From Cyanophora paradoxa CCMP329 (lineage: Eukaryota; Plantae; Glaucophyta), in NCBI GenBank assembly GCA_004431415.1, contig QPMI01000499.1, positions 212,700 to 276,699 of the forward strand: a stretch of 64,000 bases of DNA, in the 5' to 3' direction. This document shows positions 1 to 10,989 of the stretch, one piece after another (positions within the stretch are counted from its first letter, which is position 1; each line of letters opens with the position of its first letter). The position numbers and the translations under genes were made by a program. A model generated the notes under the pieces. The model was not told where the DNA came from, ran no database searches, and saw nothing but the letters and a program-made list of their open reading frames with translations.

Positions 1-2981
1 CCGCCGCTTCGCGCGCCCTTTGCCCTTCGGGGGCCGTCCCTTCGGCGCGGGCGGCGGAGGCGGCGGCGGCGGCGGCGGCGCCTCTTCTCGCTGCTGCTGC
101 TGCTGGTCGGCCGGGGGCGGGGCCGGCTCGGCGGGCCGAAGCGAGCCGATGACTCCGGTGAGGAGCACCCGCCTCCGCTCCCGCCACCGCAGCGGATTGA
201 CGACGTTCTGCAGATCCCTGCGGCGCCGCGCCCGGAGGTCGGGGCCTTAAGGGGGGAAGAAGCGAGGGGGGGGTACAGGTGCAGACCCGAAGGTGACGCG
301 GGGCAGGGAGGGGGGTCCGAGCCCCGCGGGCTCCGTCGGCCGCCCCCGCAGCGAGAGCCACGGCCTCGTCATCACCGCTGCGCCGAAAGCGGGGTACGTG
401 AGCCGCGCGGAGAGGAGTGAAGAAGAAGAGGGTACCGGGGCGGTTCTCGTGCGCCCACTCGAGAAACTCTGCGAGCGCCGGGTCCTGAAGGCGGCTACAT
501 GTCGGACAGGGGAGGAAAAGGGGGGGTGCGGGATTCCGGACCTCGCGGGGGATGCGGTCCTCGTCGTCGATGATCTGCGTGTACCCCGTGGAGACGGCGT
601 GGAATCCAGTACCCCGGCCGGGGCTGCCCCCCCGCACGAGCCTCAGCCGCGTCAGCAGCAGCGTCCGGTCCGCCCGCAGCCTGCGCCGCACGGTTACGGG
701 GGTACGCGGAAGTCGAAAGGGCGGGGGGAGGGTACGGCGCGCCTGGCGAACGAGTCCCATTGCGAGTTGGCGAACACTTGCACCGCGAGGTCGCTGTCGG
801 ACCTGGGGGGAATGAGTTGGCGGGGGGGGAGGAGCGGGCGTGGGGTACGCGGCGCACGAGGCGTCAGCGAGGAGGAGCCAGCGGTAAGCGAAGAATTTGG
901 GGTACGACCCGCCCGCGGCGCGGCTCGCCGCCGCCGCGCTGACACCTTCCGGCCTGAGGCTGCGGGGGTACACGTCGGAAGGGTGGGAGAAAGGGGGTAC
1001 AAGGGCGAGGGAACGCACGGGTCCTGGCTCGAGTCGGGGTACCGCCGCACGCGCTCGATGCGGCCGACGTGCCGCACTATACCCAGGAAGTCGAACTCCT
1101 CCAGGGGGCCCCGCGGAGGGTACGCGTCCCAGTCCGCCTCGTCGGGGGGTACGGGGGCGGGGGCGGCCTCCGCGAGGGCGGAGAGGCTGCTGGGCCCCTC
1201 GATGGTGCGCAGCGCGAGGGGCGCCGGGTCCAGCCTGACTCCCATGAAGCCCAGCTGGCCCTCTGCACAGCGTTCAGGAACGGAAGGAGCGAAGGAAGGG
1301 CCTGATCCAGGCGGCGGGGAGGGGGCGCCGCGCACCGCTGAGCACCCGTACCCGGCCCCCGTTGGGCCCCGGGTTGACGGCCAGCTCCAGCCGGCACGGC
1401 TCGTTCGCGTTCGGCTTCGCCCGGTACCCCGTCACCAGCACCGCGTCCCCGTAGCGTACCCCCCCGAAGAGCTTCATCACCTGAGCGCGGCCGCGTGAGG
1501 GCCAGGGCGCGAGGAGGGGAGGAGGGGCAGGGGAGCCGGGCGCACGGTGGTACCCCAGCAGACGACGGGAATGGTGTCCCCCCACTGGTCCGCTGCGCGA
1601 GCGTCAGCAAAGGCCCGGAAGGAAGGGGCGGGGAGCGGGGTCGCAGTGCAAAAGGGGGGTATGCACCGAGCCTCAGCGTGAAGAAGTACGGAGTCTTGTT
1701 CACCTGAGGCCGCGTTAGGAGGGGGTACGGGGTCGGAGAGGTGGTCAGGGTGAGAGGTAGTGCGGCGCGCCTCGCCGGCCCGGGCGTAGTGGTTTATCGA
1801 AGACTTGCCGACCACTCGCCCAAGGAAAGGCTCCTGGAATGGATATAAGGGTAGAAGAGGGTTGGGGGGAGCGGCGCGTGGGAGGGTAGTCCCTCGCCTG
1901 CTCGTGGGCGCCCGCCGCCCCGCCGCCGGCCCCGCGGCCCTTCGCGGCCGCCGAGGCGCCGCCGGCGCCGCCCCGGCCGCGCCCCTTTGCGGCGCGGCGA
2001 GGGGGCGGCACTGTGCTCCGCGCCAGCTCCTTAACTGTCGTCCACCGCATCCCGTCCAGTTCCTCCTGCGCCGGGGGTACGCTTCAGCTGGGCGGGGGGG
2101 GGGGTGAAATGGGAGGGGGGTACGCACGTCCTCGACGGCGAGGGGCCGGGCGGCCCAGTCCTCCCCCACGAAGCAGTCGTCGCAGAAGTGGTGAACGAAG
2201 TAGCAGCGCTGCCCCGCCAGCGGCCGCTCCCGCGACTGGGTACAGGCTCAACCAAAGCTAAACAGAGAAAGCCGCGCGGACGGGGCGGGGCTCACGGTGG
2301 TCCGGCAGGGGGGTAGGGCCAGCTCGGGCCCCGCCACGCCCCGCGCCTCCGCCAACGCAACGTAGGTGAAATAGTTAGGCTGGCCCTCGAGAGGCAACTC
2401 GGACATGCGCCGCTGCCACTGCGTGATCTGCTCCACGGGTCGACCGAGGGCGGCCAGGGCACGGCACGCCGTGACGGCAGGGCGGGCGGGCCCAAGTGCG
2501 CGGCGCACCTCGATTGTGACCCCGCGGCGGAAGCAGTAGTTCCGCAGCAGCGAGTTGAGGTTGCGCGAGAAGATGCAGCGGAGCTGGCGGCGGCGGCGGC
2601 GGCAGCGGCGGCGGGCGAGTTAGCGGACGTCGACGGGCGGACGAGCGGGCGAGCGGGCGGCGGCGCGGGCAGGTCGCTGCGGACCAGTTCGCTGCCTTCG
2701 ACGCCGTCCCAGAGCACGCCCTCGTACACGTCCGCGTCCTCCGCGTCGTCGTCGTGCATCGCCTCGCCGATGGCGTACACGAGCCGCGAGTCGACGACGA
2801 CTGCGGCGGGCATCGTTAGCTAAGGACATCCGCGATGCTAGCTAGCGCCGGGGAGAGGCGTCGGAGGGACGCGCGGCGCACAGCGGCGAATGTCGACGAT
2901 GACCGCGTGCACTGGGGCGAGCTCGGGTCGGAAGTAGTCGCGCAGCGGCGCGAGGCCGTCCTCCTGCTCGCCCTCGGCCAT
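1..2981 (-). CDS. Multi-exon RADX-like (RPA-related) OB-fold ssDNA-binding protein; runs off left edge
   Basis: Exon peptides in order: YEGVLWDGVEG..SRNLNSLLRNYCFRRGVTIE, PFLGRVVGKSSINHYA, PYFFTLRL/ADQWGDTIPVVCWG, KLFGGVRYGDAVLVTGYRAK..ELAVN, FDFLGIVRHVGRIE. These parallel the successive OB folds of RADX as I recall them. ATG at 2981; exon boundaries approximate. Confidence 0.55.
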
Positions 2982-3513
2982 GCTGCCCGCGTTCGAATTC
3001 TGCGCTGTTGGTCGCGTACCCGTGTCGACGTCGCTGTGACTCGCTGACACTCGCTGTCACGACTCGCTGGCTGCTGCAGCTGCTCAGCAGCTGTTGCCGC
3101 GGCGAACGACGCTCTCATGAACAGCGCGGAGAACGGCGCTTTCAAAGGCGCGGCTTCATTCCCCGCCCCGGACGGTCCGCGCGCCGCGGACGGTTTCGCC
3201 CGCGCGTCCGCTGCCGCGATCCGCTCATGCGCCCGGCGCGGCGCAGGCTCCTCTGCCCACGATGAAGGCGAAGGCAATGCGAGCGCGGAAGTCGAAGGCG
3301 ATGAGAGCGGTTCGTGTTTGATCATGACCTGTCAAATTAACCCTGGCCGGCGTGCTCAAACTGGCCGCGCGCGTTTTCAGAAACTCATGTCATGAAGCGG
3401 ATGCATATGCGGCTCGAGGTACCGGTAAGCGCAGGAGAGCGGATTGTGCTGCTTGGTGCGCATGCGCGCGCGCAAGCGACGAAGCTTGCCGGATTTGAGG
3501 CCTCGAGGCCGAC

Positions 3514-5122
3514 ATGAAACGCAGACAAGGAATTCAAGAATACTGGCGAGACAGTCGCCGTGTCGCGTACGCTCGACCCGTGCCGTCACGCCGGCGCGGA
3601 AGCTTTAAGCCTGACCGCGCGCGCGCGCGCGGTGCGTTAGGAATTGTGGAGGAGGCGTTGAAGTCAACGTTCAAGCCTGATATCTACGCCCGCTTCGAAA
3701 ACATTAATCCCGTTGAGGTGCGCCCTGCAAGCACGAATTTGAAGTATTGAAGTTCATGATCAACGTTGACGGCGTCCGAAGGGGGTCTGCCAGATCGTTC
3801 GCCTTCGCTTCCCGCCAACCGACGTGCCGCGGCCGACTCTTCAGGGCGGCTCTGGCACGCGCGAGTACATCTTCGAGGCCCCCGTTTTAAATGATCGCAG
3901 CGAGGCTTGGGTGCTCTGCGCATGCGTCTGGAATTCGGAAGGTGCGCGTGCGCTCCGCTCTTGACGTGGCCTCGCTCTACGTGGCTGACGCGCCTTGCGC
4001 AGTCTCAGGAAAGCTCCTCGTCATCCAGAAAGGGCTCGAGCCCGTCGACTTCCGCGTAGGCCCTGACGAGATCCACTACCGTCGTCTCCCATCGATATCG
4101 TCTACCATCGATATCGTCCAAGGAGATCGCCAGGAGAGCGGAAAAAACTTCGCCTGCACGGCCCTGCCCGCGGCGAAGATCTCGGCTGGTGTCGCCACGT
4201 TCTCGGGCCGCCTTCGCTTCACGAACCAAGACTGTCCGAACAAGCCACCCGGCTTCCGCTTCATCGTCATCGAGCGGGACCCACACGGCGAGCTCCGAGC
4301 CATGCGCTCCGATGTTTTCGCCTCGAAAGCAACCTCCAAGCGTGCGTTCTCCAAGCCCGCCCGGCGCGCTCGCGTTTCCCGCCCGACCTCCAGCGCAGTG
4401 ACCCCGAAGCTCAAAAAAGATGCGCTGGATCCCCAGCTTGGCAGTCCTGTGTTCTACGACGCGGTCTGCAAGGGTGCGGCGCCGTGCGCGCCACTCTATA
4501 TCTCCGCGAGCGCGCAGCATCGGCGCCGGTACCGGTGCACGTGCTGCTGACCGAGCTCGCAGCCCGCGGCTCCTCCTCGGCATCCCAGGCATCGCCTGAC
4601 GGCTCGTCTGTCTCGGAAAACTCGCCCCCGGGCCTCCCGCCGCCGCCGCCGCCGCCGCCGCCGCCCGTTGTTGCCCCGGAGGCTGCAGCAGCTGGAGTGC
4701 CGCCTGTGTGCCCTGCCCGGCTCTCGCAGCTTGGTTCCGAGGCACCCTCCGTGGCTCCACCGCGGGCTTGCACCTGGGAGCCGGGCGCCTTGCTCGCGGT
4801 CGGCCACGGCGTCTGCATCCTCCGCTCTGTCCGCTTCGGGTCGCTGGCACCGGAGGCGGCATGGGAGCAGGCATGCGCGCGGCCCGTCGCCCGGCCCTGG
4901 CCTTGGCAGTGCCTCGCCCTGATCATGACCGGCTCGCAGCTGGTCCCCTTCCTGGCTATGGCCGCCCTTCCGCCCCTGGCCGCCCCTCCACTCCTCCAAC
5001 ACGGCGGCGCACTTTTCGACTGCGTCCCGCCAAACAACTCGGCCGCGGGAACCAGAGAGGCTTCCGGTCTTCGACCAGAAAACTCCTTCCTCGACCTGGA
5101 CGACTTCGACGTCGATGTCTGA
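3514..5122 (+). CDS. Hypothetical multi-exon protein, possibly an Ig-fold DNA-binding domain plus Pro/Ser-rich and acidic tail
   Basis: Coding-like ORFs 3891-4550 (GVATFSGRLRFTN..GFRFIVIE..RSDVFASKATSK) and 4484-5122 ending FLDLDDFDVDV; family not securely recognised. Confidence 0.35.
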
Positions 5123-5667
5123 CGACTTCGGCTTCGACGTCATGCCTGTTACTCGTGTGGTGCTGGATCGCGTTTATGGCGGAGAGGCGTTCCCACGCCT
5201 CTCCGCCATAACCGCGATCCATCACCACGGGTAGTAGCTTTGCATGCTTGGCCATCAGGCGATGCCACGCTTCTCGTGATGCGACTACGATCGATCACGA
5301 GAAGCGCGGGATCAACCGCGGGCCAGCTGTTCTGATATATATCCACTCCGACTCCTGACTTTGATAACAAATCAGCCTTAGCTTCCCCTTCGAGTACTAG
5401 TCTGTCTGTCCGGTAGCCCGGCTCGGCCATGTACGTGTCTGGCGCTGTACATGCACATGTATATATTCAACTCGAGCTCGCCCACGCTCAATCGCCGGCG
5501 CCGAGTCAGGCAACGTTCGATGCTAAAGTAATTTAAGCCAATCATTACTAATCATCAAAACGCTAACATCACGAACCTACATATCTAAAGCTGCAGTCCG
5601 ATCACGATGAGGGCATACGCAGATAACGGGGCGCCCGGCCGCGGCGGGCCCGGATGAAGAGCTCAGC

Positions 5668-6530
5668 TCAGCGGGGCGTGTAGAGGAAGGCCGCGGCGCT
5701 GGTGGCCGGCCGCACCCGCGCCAGCTCGTCTAGCCGCCGGCTCGCGTACAGCGCGGAGGGCGGCGCCCGCGCCGCCGGCGGGAACGCCGGCGCGGGGCGC
5801 GGGGCCCCGGCCTGGCTTGGAGAACGCTCGCGGGCCGAGCGGGAGCCGCCGGGGGGGCGGAGGGGCCCGGCGGGGGCGGGGGCCAGGGTCGCCCGGCCGC
5901 GGCGAGTGCCGAGGGGGGTGAGGGAGTCGCCGGCGGGGGCGGTGCCCCCCAGGCGAGCACGGGGAACGGCGTACTCCTCGGCTGGGGCGGGGCAGGGGCG
6001 GAGGAGGAAGAGGCGGCGGAGGGGGGGATGGCGCCCGGCGCGCCACCGGCGGGAGGGGGGGCGGATTTGGGGAGCGGGAAGGAGTCGTACGCGTTGCCGG
6101 GGGGCGCGGGGGCGGGCGGCGCGGGGCCCGGGGTACGGCGGACGAGGCCGGGGGGCAGCTCGTAGGGCGGGGGAGCCGTGACGGCGCGAAGGGCGACGAG
6201 CTCCTCCTGCTTGGCCCGGTCCTCCCGCTCGAACCGGTCCCGCCGGAAGTTCGAGCGGTCTGCGGGCCGGGGTGCCGCGGCTGAGAATTCGAAGTGGGAT
6301 GAGAAAAGGCTCCTCGCACCTCGCGGAGTGAGCGGCGGCGCAGGCGGAGGCACCGGAATGTCTTCCGAGGCCCACCCCGGCTCGCCGAACCAGCCGACGT
6401 TCCCGGGCCGCGTGACGCCGATCTCGTGCCGCGGACGAGCGGCCTCGCGCTGGCGCCCGCTCTCCTCCTCGCCTCTCCGGCGCCTCGGTCGGTACTTCAG
6501 CACTATTGCACGGAGCTGGAACTCCGTCAT
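5668..6530 (-). CDS. Hypothetical multi-exon host protein
   Basis: ATG at 6530 (MTEFQLRAIVLKYRP); coding-like segments separated by C-rich intron-like tracts; no family recognised. Confidence 0.35.
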
Positions 6531-6892
6531 GTAGCCATGGAGCTGAGGCTGCGAGGCCGATCAGTTTTGCGGTGCGCTAGCGGCGCGAGGCGAGCCAGAT
6601 CTAGGCTTCCAGGGAGCATAGGATTGAAGAAAGAGGTATCTAGTCTCTGTAAAACGACCCGAAAAGTCAAACGCCGTCGGGGCCGATCGGCGGGTTGGCG
6701 AAGTTACGAAGCACGGGGCGGGAGTCCAGAACTTGCCCCGCACGGCCCGCGGGCATGTGAATGACATAAGAAAGCAACTAGAGGGGGCGAGGGAAGCTCG
6801 TTGCGGGCTGGAGCCGAGCTGCGGTTGGCAGCGGGGCGAGAAGCGGCCGCACGCCAGCGGCGGCCCACGAAAGATCACGATACGCACGCACC

Positions 6893-9800
6893 ATGGCGCC
6901 GTGTGCTGGGCGGAGCTGCTCGCGCCCGGCTAGCCAACCAGGGACGAAGCGTACGGCGGCCTTGCGAGCTCGAGACGGCTGTACCCTGCCTGGGCTGGCT
7001 TAACAGAGGCGTCGCGGCAGCGGTTACGTGTACTGGCGCGCCTGATGTATTTACACGGTATCCTATCCAGCACGCGCGGCCTGGGCGCGTTCCTAAACGA
7101 GGACGGCGTCGGTCTCTGCTTCTCGATCCGGGATGCGGCGGGGAAGCTCCACGACCGCTTCTTCTTCAACATTGGGCAGGTATGCAAACTTCATAAGCGC
7201 GCGTACGCGCGAGAGCGAGACCCTCCGCCAAGCGCTGAGCGATGGATTCGCGGCTGGAGACTGAGCCGTACGTACACGTCTCCGCGCAGCCGAACCCGAG
7301 CCCCCCGATGCACCCCATACACGTCGACGACCCCGGCGTCTGCGACCGAGTCCGGCTGCATCTCCCGTGCGCCCTGCTCCATCCTCGAGCTCCTGCCTCG
7401 CCCCTCCGCGGTCGCGGCGCCCCGGCGCGAAGCGCTGAGCCGAGAACGCAGGTCGTTCCGACCGTACTACGCGCGCTACGAGCTGCTCGACGGGCGGAAT
7501 GAGTTCGAGTGGATCGAGCGGGACGGCCTCTTCCACCTCCGCTGCCGCGCCGCCGACGAGGTCGTGTTCCGCGAGTACGCCGTACTCCCGCCAGCGGGGG
7601 GCGAGCCCGCCCCGGCCCGCTCTGGCAAGGTCCTCTGGGAGAGGCTCGTACCCCCCGACGTCGACGGCCCGCCGCCCCCGCGTGGCTTCTTCGCGTACGG
7701 GGTCCAGTGGGGGGTACCGTACTCTGGAGAGATCCGCCTCGTCGTGTCCCCCTCCCCCCTGCCGGGGTACGCCGCGGCGGGGAGCTCCGGGGCCGGCCCC
7801 TCGTCGTGTCCTCCGGCGCCGCCGGGGCTGGGCCCACCGCCCCGCCTCTGCGAGCCGTGGGCCGTACCCCTCTTCTACAATCTGTGTACCGCCCCCGGAT
7901 CGCTCCGGAACCGCCTCTACATAGCCAACTGCAAGAGCTGGGTACCCTTCATGGCCCGCGTCCTCGAGCGGCCCGACCTGGCAGAAGGTACCCGGCGCGC
8001 GTACCCCTACCCCCCTCGCGCCTCTTGAACGGTACCCCCCGCAGGGCCCTACGTGGCGGCCTGGGACGCCTCGCTCTCCGCCGCCGCCCTATCAGAGGAA
8101 TGGCCTGAGCTCTCCGCCCGCTGCCTCCTCTCCGTCCTGGAGGCCCTGCAGGCGCGCGTACCCCCCTCCCCCCCTTTTTGTTTGGTCCGAGAGAGGCCCC
8201 GCGCGCAGCCCGACGGGCGGCTCCCTCAGCTCCAGCAGGGCCGAATGGCGCGCCACGTACCCCTCCGCTCCGCTGTCCACGTACCCCGCTGAACGCCTGT
8301 ACCCCGCAGTACACGAACCGGACGAACCCGCCCGTGTGGTTCGTCGCCGCCGCGCGCCTCCGCGAGCGCCTACCCCCCGCCCTCGGCGACGCCCTGCAGG
8401 CCCGCCCCCGTACCCTCCACCCTTGTTCACGTTCCTTTAAACGTGTACCCCCGCAGGCCGCGCTGCATCCCCTGCTCGTGCGGAACTACGAGTGGTTCAA
8501 GCGCGAGCAGGTGCGCATGCGGCTCTGCACCCGTACCCCTGGGGGCGACCGGCTCCTCGCTGACCTGTACCCCTCCCGTTCCGCTCGCAGGGGAACGGCG
8601 ATTTCACGTACTCGTGGGGCCTCGACAACGAGGACGAGGTCCCCGTACCCCGCTGGTGTCTTTGTACCCCCGCCGACCCTTGCCGCCCACAGGTGGGGCG
8701 GTCTCTCCTCCCCGTGCTCAAGGGCAAGTGGGTGCGACCGCACCCCTCCGGCCCCCTCCCCTCTTCCCTGTACCCCTTCACCCGCTCAGCTGTACCCCCC
8801 AGGCGGCTGTGCTAGAGAGCGGGCTGGACGACAGCCCCATGTACACCGCCGTGCGTGTGTACCCTCGCCGCTCTCCGCACCTTCCGTACCCCGTGATTTT
8901 TGGCTAGCTTGAACTCCGGCCAGGGCGTGGAGATGGCGCCGGGGGGTAGGCTTCTGGACCACGCGTGCGCACCCTGCTCCGGGCCGCCCGTACCCTCCTC
9001 CTCGCGACCGTCGGACCCCCTGGGCAGCTGCGTGGACCTGACCGCTCTGATGGCGTTCGCTTCGGGGTACCTGCGCGACTCGGCCCGGTCCCTGGGGCTC
9101 GATCCCGCCCCCTTCGAGGCGCGTACCCCCCCTTTCCTTTCCCCTCCGGATCCTACCCCTCCAGCTCCGCTCATGGGCCCTCAGGAGGATGTTAGGAGGC
9201 ACGCGGATGCGCTGAAAGGCTTCCACGACCCCTCCGCGGGCCTCCTGAACGCCTACCGGCGCCTCCCCAACGGTCAGCGGCTGAGCCCGAGTTCCGCTCT
9301 CGCCCTGCTTCCCTGATCGTGAGGAGCGTGCAGGCGGACGCGGCCCCCTGCACCCGGAGCTGACGCCGTGCTCGCTGTACCCCTTGCTCGCCCCGGGGCT
9401 CGACCCCGCGGTCGCGGCCGACCTCCTCCGCCTCGCGAGGCGCGTACCCCCCTCCCATCCCCCCCCCCTTCTCAAGACCCGGGCAGGTCGCCGCACTTTG
9501 CAAGGGCCGCCGGCGACCGCCCCGAGCTGCGGCTGCCCTCCGTCTCGTTCCTCTCCCGCGAGTACAACGGCGACGGCGACTACTGGCGCGGTCCGCTACG
9601 TATACCCCCTCCCGGCTTCTTACCCCCCCTGAACGCGGCAGAAGGGCGCATCTGGCCGCCGATGGTGTACCTGGCGGGCCTGGGGGTACGCGAGCACGAC
9701 GGTGTACTGTACCGCGAGCTCCGGGCGGCGGCGCAGGCGCTCCTAGAGGCGGAGTGGGGCCGCTCGGGCGCATGCCACGAGAACTACAGCGCCGAAACGG

Positions 9801-9937
9801 GGCGGGGGTACCCCCGCCCGGGCACCTTCGCGCGCTCGTGCGCCATGTACAGCTGGGCGGGCCTCCTGGGGGCCCTGCCGCCCCCGAAGGACGAGGCGGC
9901 CGCGGCCCGCGGGCCGGCCGCCGCCCGGCCGCGGTAG
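6893..9937 (+). CDS. Glycoside hydrolase family 63 / MGH1-like (trehalase-like alpha/alpha-barrel), many short introns
   Basis: Motifs across exons: AAWDASLSA, PDGRLPQ, NRTNPPVW, LVRNYEWF, ESGLDDSPMY, CVDLTALM, LPSVS..EYNGDGDYWRG, IWPPMVYL, CHENYSAETGRG, YSWAGLL. Stop at 9937; start approximate. Confidence 0.85.
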
Positions 9938-10989
9938 ACGCGCGCGCAGGGCCGCGCCTTAAGCTTTCAAGTTTAGCCCCTCTTTCCCCACCCCGTTTCA
10001 ATCCGGCGGCCGACCCAGCTCCAGTGATGATCAGATCTAGAGCGCTAGCCCGAGCACAGGCCGCTGGCGTGCACGTGTTAGTTAATTGCAAGGGGGGGGT
10101 ACCCCCTCCCTTGCTCCCTGGCCATGGTGAGTTGGTGCGGCGTACTTTCTGTGTTAGCATTTTTTGTAAGATGCGATTCTTTGCATGCGCTCTCGTATAG
10201 GTGTGATCGCATCGTAGCCGCTGCGAGCGGCGGAAAAAAATGCAGGGATGGGGCTGCGCAAACATGTCGAGGTCGCGCCTCACCTGCTATTAATATTGCT
10301 ATACGCGCCGGACCACGTGCTCCTGATTGCTCTCGATGCGCTCTACAAACTTTGTCATACATGCCCGGGCTCAAGAAGTGGCGTGCGGCGTGCTAGCTTC
10401 CTGTCTCTGGCGTGCGCACCCGGCGTCAAGTGCAGGCACAGACGGGAGCAATTTTAGCAGGGTACTTATGCACTTTTTATTATATATGCTTAAGCCTGCA
10501 GCTAGCGCTGCGCATGCCAGGCCTGGGCCGCCCAGCTAGTAGCCATAGGCCAATTGCAACTTGGGAATTTTTGAAGGCTGCAATTTTTTATACAGTTAGG
10601 GCAACCATATGCATTGGCAGGCTAGACGGCCCAACTTTGCTCAGCTAGCAAGGCGCAAGGGGGAGGAGGAGAGGGATCCGGAGGAGGAGGGCGCGGGGCC
10701 AGCGGCGCCAGTGTACCCCTCGATGGACGTCTGCTTTAATTTCCGGCGCAGTTCCTCCTGCAAGCAGACAATATCGACGTCCGACGGTCGGAGATCTGTA
10801 TAGCAGCTCCGCGCGCTCCGGATCCGCAACCACTCGCATCCCACATCCGGAGCCTGCCAGGCTGCTCCATGGATCCGGAGGGGAAGCCCGTCCCTATATG
10901 GCCAGGCCAAGTGTTGGAAAATATTGACCGCACTGCGGCAATCCCACCAGTGATTCGAATTCATTCGGGTATACTAATATGCACAAATA

